A stretch of DNA of 64,000 nucleotides from Elusimicrobiota bacterium (GCA_043811535.1 JBDRNC010000017.1:64001-128000), one strand, 5' to 3'. Positions 33,154 to 43,870 are shown, counted from the first letter of the stretch. Program-made: numbers and translations. Notes: generated from the sequence alone by a model not told the origin.

Positions 33154-34609
33154 GAGAGTATATCCTGCTTTTTACTTTAGCGAGAAGTTGTATGTCGTTA
33201 AATAATCTCTGGACAAATTTCGCCGCGTAAATATTCGCAATAAACGTTGCCGGGAAACCGCGCACGCCTTTGGCGTTTAGTTTCTTGACGTACTGTCCAA
33301 CTTTGCGTTTCTTTTCGGAATTTCTCGCGAATTTCAGCATCCTTCTGCGAGCTTCCGCAGGAAAACCGGCAGTTTCAAAAACAGGATTATCCATGTTGGA
33401 ATGTATCTTATTCAGGTAATATTCGGGTTCATAAAGCAGCTTGGCGTTTTTTTCGGCCCATTCATATAGCTCGGTCTCAGGATATGGTATAAGATTGAAG
33501 TAGAAAACATTATCAACCGGATGCCTTGAAGCTGTGGCAACAGATTCCATGACCTCTTTTTCCGTCTCTTCGGGAGAACCGATAAGGAAAAACAGGTCCA
33601 CGAAATAGCCGATCTCGCAGGCGTTCTGTATCGCGGTTTCAATAGTTTCTATCGTCTCGTGTTTCTTCAAAATCTTTAAAATCCTGTTATTTCCCGATTC
33701 TACGCCGAATCCAATGAATCTGAATCCTATCGAGTACATTTTTTCCAGCAGCGGCCTGTCAATCTTATCTGCGCGTATCCCGTTCGGGAGGCTGAGGATC
33801 AGGTCATTCATGCCCGCGTCGCGGACCGCGTCGCAGAGTTTGTCGACTCGCTCCTTGAGAAGAGTGAAATTATCGTCTATAAAAGAAAATCTGCGGTAAC
33901 CCAGGCCGTACCAGTGGTTCATTTCGAGCAATATATTCTCAACGCTTCTGAAACGGAATTTCTGCCCGATGGCTGTCTTTACGGGACAGTAAATGCAGTC
34001 ATAAGGGCATCCCCGTGAAGTGACAAGCGGTATTATCCTTTCGGAAACAGGCGCTCCTTTAAGCGGATAGTTTTCCAGTTCAAAATTAGCGTACCTTGGG
34101 AAACTAATGGCGTCAAGATCCAGATTATACGGCCTGTTGCCGTTGTCCCTGATTTTTCCATTCTCCCTGTACAGAAGCCCTTTGATTTCGGAAAGTTCCT
34201 TTCCGGAGCAGAGCTCGATGACGGTATCTTCGCCCTCTCCGATGATCCCGAAATCTATTTCAGGGCACTGCTCCAGCGTTTTTACCCGGAAAGTCGTGAC
34301 GTGCGGGCCGCCGCACGCGATTTTCACATCCGGGAAAGCCTGCCTGATCGTCTTTATGATGCCGTACACTTCGGAATATCTGTATGTGAACATTGTGATG
34401 CCGACGACATCCGGCTTGAATTTGCCTATCTTGCCCAGCAGGTCTCTGACGGTATATCCGAGCGCGAGATCAACAACGCGGTATTCTATGTTATTATCGC
34501 GCAGAGACTGGGCGATGTATCCGATTCCTGCCCGCAGGACCGTCCTTCGCTTGAAGGTCGGCGCCTCGTGCGATATTAAGTTCGTCAGAAGAATTTTGTT
34601 GAATCTCAT
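33146..34609 (-). CDS. Cobalamin-dependent radical SAM protein
   Basis: GIGYIA, CGGPH, GEGE, SRGCPYDCIYC, DDNF and FGVESG motifs; start at ATG 34609 (MRFNKILL). Confidence 0.9.
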   Translation of the reverse strand: MRFNKILLTNLISHEAPTFKRRTVLRAGIGYIAQSLRDNNIEYRVVDLALGYTVRDLLGKIGKFKPDVVGITMFTYRYSEVYGIIKTIRQAFPDVKIACGGPHVTTFRVKTLEQCPEIDFGIIGEGEDTVIELCSGKELSEIKGLLYRENGKIRDNGNRPYNLDLDAISFPRYANFELENYPLKGAPVSERIIPLVTSRGCPYDCIYCPVKTAIGQKFRFRSVENILLEMNHWYGLGYRRFSFIDDNFTLLKERVDKLCDAVRDAGMNDLILSLPNGIRADKIDRPLLEKMYSIGFRFIGFGVESGNNRILKILKKHETIETIETAIQNACEIGYFVDLFFLIGSPEETEKEVMESVATASRHPVDNVFYFNLIPYPETELYEWAEKNAKLLYEPEYYLNKIHSNMDNPVFETAGFPAEARRRMLKFARNSEKKRKVGQYVKKLNAKGVRGFPATFIANIYAAKFVQRLFNDIQLLAKVKSRIYSHV

Positions 34610-34652
34610 ATTCAGACCTCGAAAACGAAGATATGACAGACCGATAAACGCA

Positions 34653-35651
34653 TCACAAATGAATTTTACCGGCGACCGCAAAGATGGAATTGCCTCTTCC
34701 GGCCAATCTCAGAACAATCCACAAAGCGAGTATAGGAGCGAAAAATATTGCTGAAAAGGATAGTTTCATAGCGGTTACAAGAATCTTCCTGTTATTCCTG
34801 GTTAATATCGACAATAGCGTGTTCTTCTTGGCGGCGGAGCCGGCAAGCCTGTCAAAAGGGACCTTTGAAGACTCCCAATCACTGCTTTTCCTGAAGATCA
34901 TTTTCTTAACCGGCTTGATCACTTTTGAGATCAGCCAGAAAAAGATTGTGTCGTTTATGTAAGAATAATCAAGATGACTGTCCCGGACGAGAACCGGCCT
35001 GAAGCCGTGCGAATTCAGGAATCCGGAAAGTGATTCTTTTGTCCATCTTGTAAAATGATGCGGCGGAAAATCAAAATCCTGAATGGAAGACCTTAACGGC
35101 CTGGCATAATTGGGAAGCGTAAGCGCAATAACTCCGTTTTCAGAGAGCAAGTCCCGCACCTTTCTTATGAAAGAGTCCGGATCAGGAACATGTTCAAGCA
35201 CTTCGAACATCGTGACCGCGTCGAAAGCGTTGCCCTTGTTTTTGTCGAAGAAATCATCAAAAGAAACACATTCCGCGGTGTCTATGCCGAGTTGCCTTGC
35301 GTAGCTCAGGGCCCTTTCGTCAAAATCTATTCCGGCGGTCCTGCAGCCTGCCTGAGCGGCGCGGTACAGGAAAGCGCCGCAGCCGCAGCCTATGTCCAGT
35401 ACGGATTTTACGGTTTTAAAACGGTGTTTCGCAAACCATTTCTGCCCCCAATTCAACTTTAAAGAAAATCTCGCGGGCCTGTCCGGCGCGTACTCCTTGT
35501 ACCAGGAAGCATCGGGGGCCTGTGCCGGGAGAGAAAATATCACGCCGCACGACGGGCACTTGTATATGCTGTATTCAGTGCGAGTGAACGGGTCTTTATG
35601 AATCTCAGCCGGCGGAATTTCAGTTTCTTTTACACAGCCGACGCATTTCAT
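34653..35651 (-). CDS. Class I SAM-dependent methyltransferase with N-terminal Zn-binding Cys pairs
   Basis: CVGC...CPSC, LDIGCGCG, EVLEH and DFPPHHFTRW motifs; start at ATG 35651. Confidence 0.85.
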   Translation of the reverse strand: MKCVGCVKETEIPPAEIHKDPFTRTEYSIYKCPSCGVIFSLPAQAPDASWYKEYAPDRPARFSLKLNWGQKWFAKHRFKTVKSVLDIGCGCGAFLYRAAQAGCRTAGIDFDERALSYARQLGIDTAECVSFDDFFDKNKGNAFDAVTMFEVLEHVPDPDSFIRKVRDLLSENGVIALTLPNYARPLRSSIQDFDFPPHHFTRWTKESLSGFLNSHGFRPVLVRDSHLDYSYINDTIFFWLISKVIKPVKKMIFRKSSDWESSKVPFDRLAGSAAKKNTLLSILTRNNRKILVTAMKLSFSAIFFAPILALWIVLRLAGRGNSIFAVAGKIHL

Positions 35652-35718
35652 GCCGGTTCCTTTTGTTATTCCCCCGCATACCGGGCCGGAATATACGGAT
35701 CCGTGCGGCATTTCTTGT

Positions 35719-36726
35719 TCAGGCCTTGAACGGCATAAGTTTTTCGCGGATTTTGAGAAGAAATCCTTTCCTGGAATACAACCTGAAGAACCACAAGTAT
35801 AGATTCGGATGTATCAATGCCAGGAAAAGAGTCATGCTTTTAAAAAGCGCGAAATTTGAAAGCTTAAGCCGGAATATGCCGGAATACGCTTTAAGGGCTT
35901 CAAACAACTCAAACCTTAACCGGTAGAGAATGACCTTTTCTTTCAGTATTTCTATGTCCTGGTCGAGAAGCGCCGGCGGTTCCCTTAGAAGCGTGATGCC
36001 GAACTTTTTGAAGTTATCCCTTACGGAAAGATTGCCTGCTTCGAGCACGGTTATATGCATGTCAAGCATCTTAGGACTGCTGTACATTTTCGCGTACCAG
36101 TTGGAGCCGTGGATCCTGTGAGCCGCCAGCGCCGTGTTAAGATTATAAACCTTGGCGTAAAAAAGCATGTTCCAGTACAGGTACTGATCAGCATAATTGC
36201 CCATCACAAGGGGTTCCGGCATGATCTTGGACAGGTATGATTTTCTGAAACTCAGATTTGTAGTCCCGTAAAAAGAGACATTGCTGTTCAGGAAATACGG
36301 GAGGTCGTAAAATTCAGGCAGAACTTCGAAAGATTTGTCCATGCGCGAGCAATTTTCGTCAACGTAATCGGACGGATGCTGGACAAGCCCAACTTCCGGG
36401 TGCTTATCAAAGGCCGCTGCGACAGCCTTGAGTTTGCCGGGATACCAGTAATCATCGGCGTCCAGAAAACATATTATTTCGCCTTTGGAGTTCTCGAACC
36501 CTGTGTTGAATACCCCGGCCTGCCCGGTATTCTTCTGGCATATATACCTGATTTTATCGCCGTATTTTCTTACGCGTTCGGCGGTGTCGTCGGTGGATTC
36601 GTCGTCTATCACCAGGATTTCGTATTTATCTTTAGGGAAATCCTGGTTCATGGCGCTTTCGGCGGCCTTATCTATGAAGCGGCCGTAATTATATGTGTCG
36701 ATTATCACAGTTATAGTTAAATTCAT
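35719..36726 (-). CDS. Glycosyltransferase family 2
   Basis: IIDTYNYG, IDDESTD, FLDADD and HRIHGSN motifs. Confidence 0.9.
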   Translation of the reverse strand: MNLTITVIIDTYNYGRFIDKAAESAMNQDFPKDKYEILVIDDESTDDTAERVRKYGDKIRYICQKNTGQAGVFNTGFENSKGEIICFLDADDYWYPGKLKAVAAAFDKHPEVGLVQHPSDYVDENCSRMDKSFEVLPEFYDLPYFLNSNVSFYGTTNLSFRKSYLSKIMPEPLVMGNYADQYLYWNMLFYAKVYNLNTALAAHRIHGSNWYAKMYSSPKMLDMHITVLEAGNLSVRDNFKKFGITLLREPPALLDQDIEILKEKVILYRLRFELFEALKAYSGIFRLKLSNFALFKSMTLFLALIHPNLYLWFFRLYSRKGFLLKIREKLMPFKA

Positions 36727-37970
36727 CTTTTGTATATTTGAGAATATCTATTCGTAAGTTTATGAAAAAATACCATGAAGGCCCGGAAAACACCTTTATG
36801 AAAGCCTTTCATGAAAGCGGGAAAGCCGTAACTGGTTGCTCTTATTAATAATTCTATTGCATTTTTTATTTTTAGATGAGCGATTAAAACGGACATTGAA
36901 AAAGCCAACCCATTCACGGACTTGGCCTTGAAACTGTCACTGAGATAAATAACCCCCTCGTTAGGGGCGAGTTTCATGCTGTCGGGAGAAGAAAGTATAG
37001 AGCCGAGTTCATTAAGTATTCTCGGGAATTCAACACCGGCTTCAAAATATTTCATTGCTTTTTTATATCCGTTTTCAGCGATGTCATTTCTCTCGGCAGT
37101 ATTCTCCAGATAATATTTTACCTTTTCAAAGAGCTCCTCCTTGTTGAAAAAGGTTACTATGTCTTTTCCTATTTCAAGCCGTACGGGAAGCCCTGGCGCG
37201 TATTCAGATAGACAAAATGTTTTAGTCATTGCGACCTGAGCGAAGTGCCCCTTTGTTTGCCGGACCCTGTTAAGAAGAGGGTCGTCTTCCGTCATCCAGG
37301 TAAGCTCGTCAACTCTTGTGAAGTTAAGAGATATCTTGCTTCTGGAATAAATTCTCGGCAATTCCGATCTGGCGGCATAACCATTTTTGGAGCCGAATCC
37401 GAATGTTTCAAGTTTTATCCCTTTAGCTTCGAGGAAATTAAGATATATCATGCGGTCGCTTTTAGTGCAGTCCCCTACAAAACTAACATCAATGTCTTTC
37501 GGCACACTTATCGGATAAAAATCCTTCTTATTTTGCGTTTCCGGGGCATAGATAGCGTTGATGCCGAGCCTTTTGTAATAAAACAATGGAAGGTAATCGA
37601 TATTAAGGACTGCGCTTCCGACCTGCGCGTAATACTTGGTGATTACATCGATGAAACTGTCATCGTCGAAGAACCAGAATACCACGTTCGATGTATTTTG
37701 CAGCGATTTATAGAATTGAGGTGTCAGTTCGAAATCGCTTGCGAAGAAAAAAGGAAGAACTATATCTATGTTCTTTTCTTTTACGAATTTTCTTATATAA
37801 TCTTCTGTATTCTTTAAGCCGTATTTCCTGGAATAATCGATAAAATTGAACGTATGACACTGATTAAAATATGGCTTCAGGTTCTCAACGAGAAACTTCC
37901 AGTATTCGTGTTTTTCAATGGCGTAAAGATTAAGCAGATTTTTGTTTCTAAAATAATTCAGGCCAGTCAT
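36723..37970 (-). CDS. CgeB / Glyco_trans_1_2 family glycosyltransferase
   Basis: DIDVSFVG, SKISLNF, FCLSEY and YYLEN..ER..IA..G patterns. Confidence 0.75.
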   Translation of the reverse strand: MTGLNYFRNKNLLNLYAIEKHEYWKFLVENLKPYFNQCHTFNFIDYSRKYGLKNTEDYIRKFVKEKNIDIVLPFFFASDFELTPQFYKSLQNTSNVVFWFFDDDSFIDVITKYYAQVGSAVLNIDYLPLFYYKRLGINAIYAPETQNKKDFYPISVPKDIDVSFVGDCTKSDRMIYLNFLEAKGIKLETFGFGSKNGYAARSELPRIYSRSKISLNFTRVDELTWMTEDDPLLNRVRQTKGHFAQVAMTKTFCLSEYAPGLPVRLEIGKDIVTFFNKEELFEKVKYYLENTAERNDIAENGYKKAMKYFEAGVEFPRILNELGSILSSPDSMKLAPNEGVIYLSDSFKAKSVNGLAFSMSVLIAHLKIKNAIELLIRATSYGFPAFMKGFHKGVFRAFMVFFHKLTNRYSQIYKR

Positions 37971-38036
37971 CGCGTTTCCTTTAAATACAATTTCCTGTAT
38001 AGCGCGCGAAATTCCAAAATAATATATTATTTTGGA

Positions 38037-38915
38037 TTAATTTCTTTCAAAGAATTTATTTCCATCTATCCTTCTCAGTGTGTAAATATTCCTGCTGTGC
38101 ATAGCTAGCGAACGGAAGGGTTTACTGCGAAAATCATCCCATACCGCGCTAAAAAGCTTTCCGGTAATACCTATCGAAGCATCTGAAGCCAGGAATACAC
38201 ATAAATCAGACGACAGCGCGGGCGAATCCCCGCCTTTAGAACGTGCATTCAAAGCCATGTGGTAATCGGAGTATCCCGATCTCTTTCCGGCCTTAATAAT
38301 CTCTTTCATCATGTTCGTGTAAACCGATCCCGGTGAAACGGCGTTGACTCGAATGCCGTATTTCTTAAATTCTTCAGATATTGTTTCCGTGAAACGGACT
38401 ATTGCGGCTTTCGTTGAACCATACGCAGAGAAGTTGACCCTCGGGAATGTCGCGCCTCCGCCAGAAAAATTAATTATACTTCCGTGTTTTTTTGCCTTCA
38501 TGACAGGCAGCACGGCTTTGCAGCACAGCATTGTGCCTACAATGTTGGTGTTAACGCACTTTATCCAGTCTTTTACCGATACATCGATAAGGTTGCCGAT
38601 AGGTTTCTGTACAGCCGCGGTATTTACCAGGATATCGATGGTCTTGAATCTGGAAATAGTTTTATCGATGAGCCTGCGAACACTGGCTGGATTGGAAATA
38701 TCCGCAGGGACCCCTAAGATCCTGCCGCGGAATTCCCCCCGCAGCTTTCTGCAGTAATTCTCAAGACGGCCGGCGTTTACATCCGCGGCTACAACGTTGG
38801 CACCTTCGCGCAAAAAATCTTTAACTACGGAGCTTCCAATCCCTCCGGATCCTCCGGTTACTATTGCCGTTCTGTCTTTAAGAGCGAATGTAATATACTT
38901 AGGAACATTCTTCAT
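38037..38915 (-). CDS. Short-chain dehydrogenase/reductase
   Basis: TGGSGGIG, YGSTK and IRVNAVSPG motifs. Confidence 0.9.
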   Translation of the reverse strand: MKNVPKYITFALKDRTAIVTGGSGGIGSSVVKDFLREGANVVAADVNAGRLENYCRKLRGEFRGRILGVPADISNPASVRRLIDKTISRFKTIDILVNTAAVQKPIGNLIDVSVKDWIKCVNTNIVGTMLCCKAVLPVMKAKKHGSIINFSGGGATFPRVNFSAYGSTKAAIVRFTETISEEFKKYGIRVNAVSPGSVYTNMMKEIIKAGKRSGYSDYHMALNARSKGGDSPALSSDLCVFLASDASIGITGKLFSAVWDDFRSKPFRSLAMHSRNIYTLRRIDGNKFFERN

Positions 38916-38918
38916 AGT

Positions 38919-40865
38919 TCAACCGGCCCTCCTGCAGGGATAAAGATAAGCCCCGCGTTTGTTTCCCCACCATATGACTTCCCTGCACCAGTCTTCCCAA
39001 GAATTCCATGATTGGGAAGTCCTGTCAATCATGTATCTATAACTGCCTCGGGTTAAACTTGCATCTGCTCCGACTACCGCCCCGCGGTAATAGTCCCAGA
39101 TATTGTACGGAAGCTCAACTTCGATGTTTTTTTTCTGAAACGGCATTTTTATTAACTTTTTATTAAGGTCAAAAGAAGAAGCCAGGGCCTCATTGTCGCA
39201 GGAGGACTTTCTTTCTGCCATAACTTTTAAAAGTATGTCTTTAACTTCGGAATAGAACAGGTCAAGTCGTTTTCCGGTGCAGAGTTCTATCATCGCCAGT
39301 TCGTCGGGGGGCCACCATATATTCAGCCATTTGCGTGAGTTTGCGAATTCTTCGGCGCCTTTCTGGATATTTTCGGCTTTTTTCCTGAAAGAGTTGTGAA
39401 TGGAACTCAACACCGGATACTTCTTATCTTCGATAATCAAAGCTTCAATCATATCCCGATAGATTAATTTGAATTCTCTTGCGGCCAGCAGCAGTGGTAT
39501 CTGGGCCAGCTTGTTAAAATGAATTAGTGCGGTCATCCAGCCGAAAACACGCGCTCTTACCCAGTCTTTCTTGGGCATCGCTTTTGTCGCTATAACAAGT
39601 CTCTGGTTCTCTTCGATTTCGTTCTTTTCAGAAAGATTTCCGTGAATGTTTACAAGTCTGTTCTCAATGGTTTTAATGCCGTGTTTCCTGATATATGCCG
39701 GGTCATCCATCTCCGAGCCGGTAAGAATCGAAAGGTTATTGAATTGTATTCTGTTATGTTGTCCGTTTTGAATTAATTTGGAAATCCCGTCGGCAAAAGT
39801 ATCATATGTTTCGCACGGCAATCCCAGGATAATGTCCGTGAAAGTTTCGATACCGGCCGCGCTAAATTTCTCCTGCAGTTCCTGGAACGCGTCGAGCGAA
39901 ATATTTTCTCTTTTTACCTGCTTCAAAGTAGCGGGATTCGACGATTGGATAGCCAAAGATACTCCTTTGTTCAGCTTCGAGTCGGACAGTATCCTGTAGA
40001 GGTCGTATACCCGCATCGTAGAATTCTTTGTGTTTTGTACGGACAACGCCTTGGGATATCCGAATTGTTCCTTATTGTTGGCCGTATATTCGGTTAGTTC
40101 GATATCCCTCGGCAGAATGCCGAAATTAGCGTCGCAACAGAATATAAATTCAATCTTTTTTCGGCTGAACCAGTCTACCTCGCGTTTAAGTTCGTCAATG
40201 TCCCTGGCGTAAATATTCTTGTTTGTGGATGCGCCCCATACGCAATAGGAGCATGAGAAGGGGCATCCCCTGTTAGTCTCCCACAATGCAACCCAGTTCT
40301 CTCCAGGGTTTTCATCCATCAGACGGTTAAAAACTCCTTCAAGATAAGGTGACGGGATCTCATTGAGGTCGGTTGTCCTTATTCCCACTTCGTTCAAGGT
40401 TATCCTGCCTTTGGAGTTGGAATAACTTATGTTTGGAACATCCGAATAGTCCGTTGATCCGATATTCTCCAGTATTTTAAGGAACGGTTGTTCTCCCTCC
40501 CCGTGGCAGGCTATGTCGATGAACCTGTATTTTTTAAGGAATTCCTTGATTCCGCGGAGCGGTACCTGAGGTCCGCCGAACACTATGACGGTGTCCTTAT
40601 TATCTATTTTTAAGCGTTTGGCAATAGCGAGAGATATGTTTATATTCCATGTGTAGACGCTGAAAAAGCAAACGTCGCATCCGGAAAGTATTTTCACGGC
40701 AGCGGAAAGAGGAACGCGTTTGTATATGGGAGGCAAGAAGTCGAAATCGTCTATGTTTATCAGATATTTCCTGGCATACGCTTCGAGGATACCGACAGAG
40801 TACGGGAAATAATTCTGACCCGAAAAACTGTTATTAATCTGTATGAGGCCTACACGATGCTTCAT
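38919..40865 (-). CDS. Cobalamin-dependent radical SAM protein (long form)
   Basis: FPYSVGIL, FGGP, GEGE, ETNRGCPFSCSYCVWG, DANFG and ILGLPCET motifs. Confidence 0.88.
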   Translation of the reverse strand: MKHRVGLIQINNSFSGQNYFPYSVGILEAYARKYLINIDDFDFLPPIYKRVPLSAAVKILSGCDVCFFSVYTWNINISLAIAKRLKIDNKDTVIVFGGPQVPLRGIKEFLKKYRFIDIACHGEGEQPFLKILENIGSTDYSDVPNISYSNSKGRITLNEVGIRTTDLNEIPSPYLEGVFNRLMDENPGENWVALWETNRGCPFSCSYCVWGASTNKNIYARDIDELKREVDWFSRKKIEFIFCCDANFGILPRDIELTEYTANNKEQFGYPKALSVQNTKNSTMRVYDLYRILSDSKLNKGVSLAIQSSNPATLKQVKRENISLDAFQELQEKFSAAGIETFTDIILGLPCETYDTFADGISKLIQNGQHNRIQFNNLSILTGSEMDDPAYIRKHGIKTIENRLVNIHGNLSEKNEIEENQRLVIATKAMPKKDWVRARVFGWMTALIHFNKLAQIPLLLAAREFKLIYRDMIEALIIEDKKYPVLSSIHNSFRKKAENIQKGAEEFANSRKWLNIWWPPDELAMIELCTGKRLDLFYSEVKDILLKVMAERKSSCDNEALASSFDLNKKLIKMPFQKKNIEVELPYNIWDYYRGAVVGADASLTRGSYRYMIDRTSQSWNSWEDWCREVIWWGNKRGAYLYPCRRAG

Positions 40866-40978
40866 TCTGTCCTCTGATATATGTCGAGTAGATTCGTTCC
40901 ATTTACTTTATTCCGGGGTATGCAGATCAATGCATTTCCCGTTTTTAACCTATTATTAATATTTACAAGAAATAGATA

Positions 40979-42307
40979 TTACGAAATCAAATGATTTTTC
41001 CTTACAAAATCTTGAAGTTTGTTGTAATTATTTATAATTGTTTCGGGTTTCATCCCTTTTCCCCACGGCGTTGTTTCATTATATTCAAACATCAATTTAG
41101 GTTTTTCTTTTTCGTCGAAACGGCCGTAGAGAATATGGTATTCATGCAAGTTTGGATTTATTTCTTTTATTCCGAAATTCTTGTAATTGGCGGCGATTGT
41201 TGAGCCCGGAAATGGACAAAAAAGAGCGAGCCCGACAATGTCGGGGTCGGCTTCATTAATGAAAGCTATCATGCGAGAGACGATATCTTGCGGTTCTCCG
41301 GGTAATCCTAAAACCAAGAGCAGTTTAACTCCGATTTTATATTTCTTTAATATCTTAATAAACCTTTTAGTTTCTTCCAGGTCAATTTTTTTATTTACTA
41401 TATCCAGGACTTCGGGGCAGGCGCTTTCAATCCCCAGGGCGAGGTCAAGGCATCCGGATTCAGCGGCGAGCGCTACCATTTCTTCAGTTATTCCATTTGC
41501 CCGTGCTTGTCCGCGCCACTTCACGTTGCCGTTCATGAGTGCCTGCAGAAATGGTTTCGCAACTTTTTTGTTTACGGGAATGGAATTGTCATCGCGTAAG
41601 ACCAGCGCCTGCACGGAATATTCTTTTTTAAGATACGCTATTTCTTCTTCCACCAATCGTGGAAGGCGATATCTTGTAGGCCCGGAATTAAGATTGGCGC
41701 AGAAACGGCATCTGAAAGGGCACCCCCTTGAGAAAAGTACATTTGAAGCTCGTAATAACCTGTCTTCATAAAAAAATCCTGTATCAACTACTGCAGATAC
41801 CGGCTGATATTTTCGCAATGGAAATGGAAATTTATTAATGTCAATTGGTTTTATATTTCGGTAAATATGCTTTAGTGTTCCGTTAAAGATATCGTTGACA
41901 ATACATACAATATTTTCCTCGCCCTCACCCAATGCCAGTGTATCGAATCCCGCGACTTGTTCTGAAAAAAGATCTATATGGGGGCCGCTGATTATATGTA
42001 CCGCTTCAGGATACATGCTCCTTAAATGATCTTTTATTTCGCTAATTATTCGAAACTGAGGGCTGAAAGCCGTATAGCAGTAGACGTCTTTTTTTGGAAG
42101 ATAATACGAAATATTATCTTTAGAGATACCGCGAAGGTCAATAATAGACAGATCCAACTTGTTGCCAAAAGTGTTTTCAAGAATCGTTAAGAGATAAAGA
42201 GCGGTCAATTGTTGATTCTTAAAAGGTTGAAAATTCAAATAATCCGGCGGTATAATAAACCCCAAGCTTAACATTCTGCGATAATTACGTTGTTGTTTTG
42301 TTGTCAT
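40979..42307 (-). CDS. Cobalamin-dependent radical SAM protein
   Basis: SGPH, GEGEE, SRGCPFRCRFC, GIES and LGLPGE motifs. Confidence 0.88.
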   Translation of the reverse strand: MTTKQQRNYRRMLSLGFIIPPDYLNFQPFKNQQLTALYLLTILENTFGNKLDLSIIDLRGISKDNISYYLPKKDVYCYTAFSPQFRIISEIKDHLRSMYPEAVHIISGPHIDLFSEQVAGFDTLALGEGEENIVCIVNDIFNGTLKHIYRNIKPIDINKFPFPLRKYQPVSAVVDTGFFYEDRLLRASNVLFSRGCPFRCRFCANLNSGPTRYRLPRLVEEEIAYLKKEYSVQALVLRDDNSIPVNKKVAKPFLQALMNGNVKWRGQARANGITEEMVALAAESGCLDLALGIESACPEVLDIVNKKIDLEETKRFIKILKKYKIGVKLLLVLGLPGEPQDIVSRMIAFINEADPDIVGLALFCPFPGSTIAANYKNFGIKEINPNLHEYHILYGRFDEKEKPKLMFEYNETTPWGKGMKPETIINNYNKLQDFVRKNHLIS

Positions 42308-42335
42308 TTAATCATTTCCTTGTTTGTTTATATGC

Positions 42336-43100
42336 TTAAGCAGGTTTCTTTATCGAGCTTTCATTTTCAGTGAAAGGTACAGACCAATTAGATTCGTATA
42401 CCTTTATATCATTTTCATTGTCAATTTCAAACCAACTTCCGGGAACAGGAATAGTGTTTATCACTACCCCTCTAGCCAGGAGTCTGTTGAGCAACGCAGT
42501 GCAGTCCAACTTCGCGCATTCTTCGCGGGGTAGCGAGTCCAAGTAATCAAACGCAACTTTCCATCCTACAGGTGTGAATTTCAAAAGGCCCATGTATTGT
42601 CCATGTATCTCGTCAAGATTTCCGGCTTTTGTGCCGATTTCAATAAGGACGCCGTTTTTATCTATTTTAAATGTTTCGGCGTCGGTAAGCGGGTCTTCGA
42701 ATCTCAATTTCCAGAGGCTTCTCCAATCGGTATTGTAAGGAATCACGATATCACTACGGCATTTAATCAATCGCGACACGGTTCCCTTGGGATAGACAAT
42801 GTCAGAGTAACTTATTACGCAATCATCCGTTTCCAGCCATTCCCGGGCGCACAGCATCGTATTGACCATGTTGGAATTTTCCCAATTGTTATTTTCAAAA
42901 TAGGTCAGGCCGGGCAAATTCAGTTTTTCGGACAGATATCCCCTTACGACTGCAATCTCAGATATTCCGGCGTTCCTGAGGGCATCTGTCTGCCAGTCGA
43001 TCAGTGGTCTGCCCCAAATTGCTGTCAGGCATTTGGGTTTGTCCTTTGTAAGTGCAGAAAGTCTGCTTCCTCTGCCTGCTGCCAGTATTATTGCTTTCAT
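42336..43100 (-). CDS. Cytidylyltransferase (phosphoglutamine cytidylyltransferase, Cj1416-like)
   Basis: MKAIILAAGRGSRL, KPKC, ISYSDIVY, W..RFEDPLTDAETFK, GQYMGL and WFEID motifs; gene context. Confidence 0.82.
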   Translation of the reverse strand: MKAIILAAGRGSRLSALTKDKPKCLTAIWGRPLIDWQTDALRNAGISEIAVVRGYLSEKLNLPGLTYFENNNWENSNMVNTMLCAREWLETDDCVISYSDIVYPKGTVSRLIKCRSDIVIPYNTDWRSLWKLRFEDPLTDAETFKIDKNGVLIEIGTKAGNLDEIHGQYMGLLKFTPVGWKVAFDYLDSLPREECAKLDCTALLNRLLARGVVINTIPVPGSWFEIDNENDIKVYESNWSVPFTENESSIKKPA

Positions 43101-43870
43101 TTTCTCAAGTACCGTACTTTCATCGGATTTACTTTGCCTGAAAATGCTATGAAGTAGTTGTTTTCAAATGAAGGTTTGTTATAAACAGGTTCTATCATCG
43201 TGGTCAGATCAAGGATGTTTCCCCCCGCTTCCTTCAATATGATGTGGCCTGCGGCTATGTCCCATTCTTTAGAACCGTTGTATCTCGGATATATGTTGAC
43301 TGTCCCGAGCGATAGACGACCGAATTTGAGGGAAGACCCTATTTGCCGTACTTCAGTGATAGAGTTTAACTTGATGAATTCGTCTATCTGGTCGGTGTCG
43401 TGGAATCTGCTCTTGACCAGAATATGATCCGGCGGTTCGAATTGAGGCATCCTGAGAGTCTTTCCGTCCTTATTAATGAAAGCCCCGCCGCCGGACTCCG
43501 CGAAAAATAGTTCGTCAAGGAAAGGCGCGTAGATAACGCCTGCTTTTGGATTATTGTCCGTTATTAGCGCTATGTTTATTGAGAATTCACCGTTTTTAGC
43601 TATGAAATCCTTGGATCCGTCCAACGGATCTATCAGAAAATATTCCTTCCATTCGCGCCTTGTTTCATAAGGCACTGGTGACTCTTCGCTTATGCATGGA
43701 ATTTTGAATTCACGTTTGAGTTCTTCGATTATGAATTCATTTGATAATTTATCAGCGCGCGTCAGCGGCGAGAGGTCTTTTTTGAACGAAACCTGGAAGT
43801 CATCGGAGTCATACACCTCCAATATCAGTTTTCCGGCATTTCTGGCGATTGATACTAATTTATTCAGCAT
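43097..43870 (-). CDS. cysQ: 3'(2'),5'-bisphosphate nucleotidase (CysQ family)
   Basis: SPLTRAD, ISEE, IDPLDGSKDF, GSSLKF and EWDIAAG motifs. Confidence 0.9.
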   Translation of the reverse strand: MLNKLVSIARNAGKLILEVYDSDDFQVSFKKDLSPLTRADKLSNEFIIEELKREFKIPCISEESPVPYETRREWKEYFLIDPLDGSKDFIAKNGEFSINIALITDNNPKAGVIYAPFLDELFFAESGGGAFINKDGKTLRMPQFEPPDHILVKSRFHDTDQIDEFIKLNSITEVRQIGSSLKFGRLSLGTVNIYPRYNGSKEWDIAAGHIILKEAGGNILDLTTMIEPVYNKPSFENNYFIAFSGKVNPMKVRYLRK

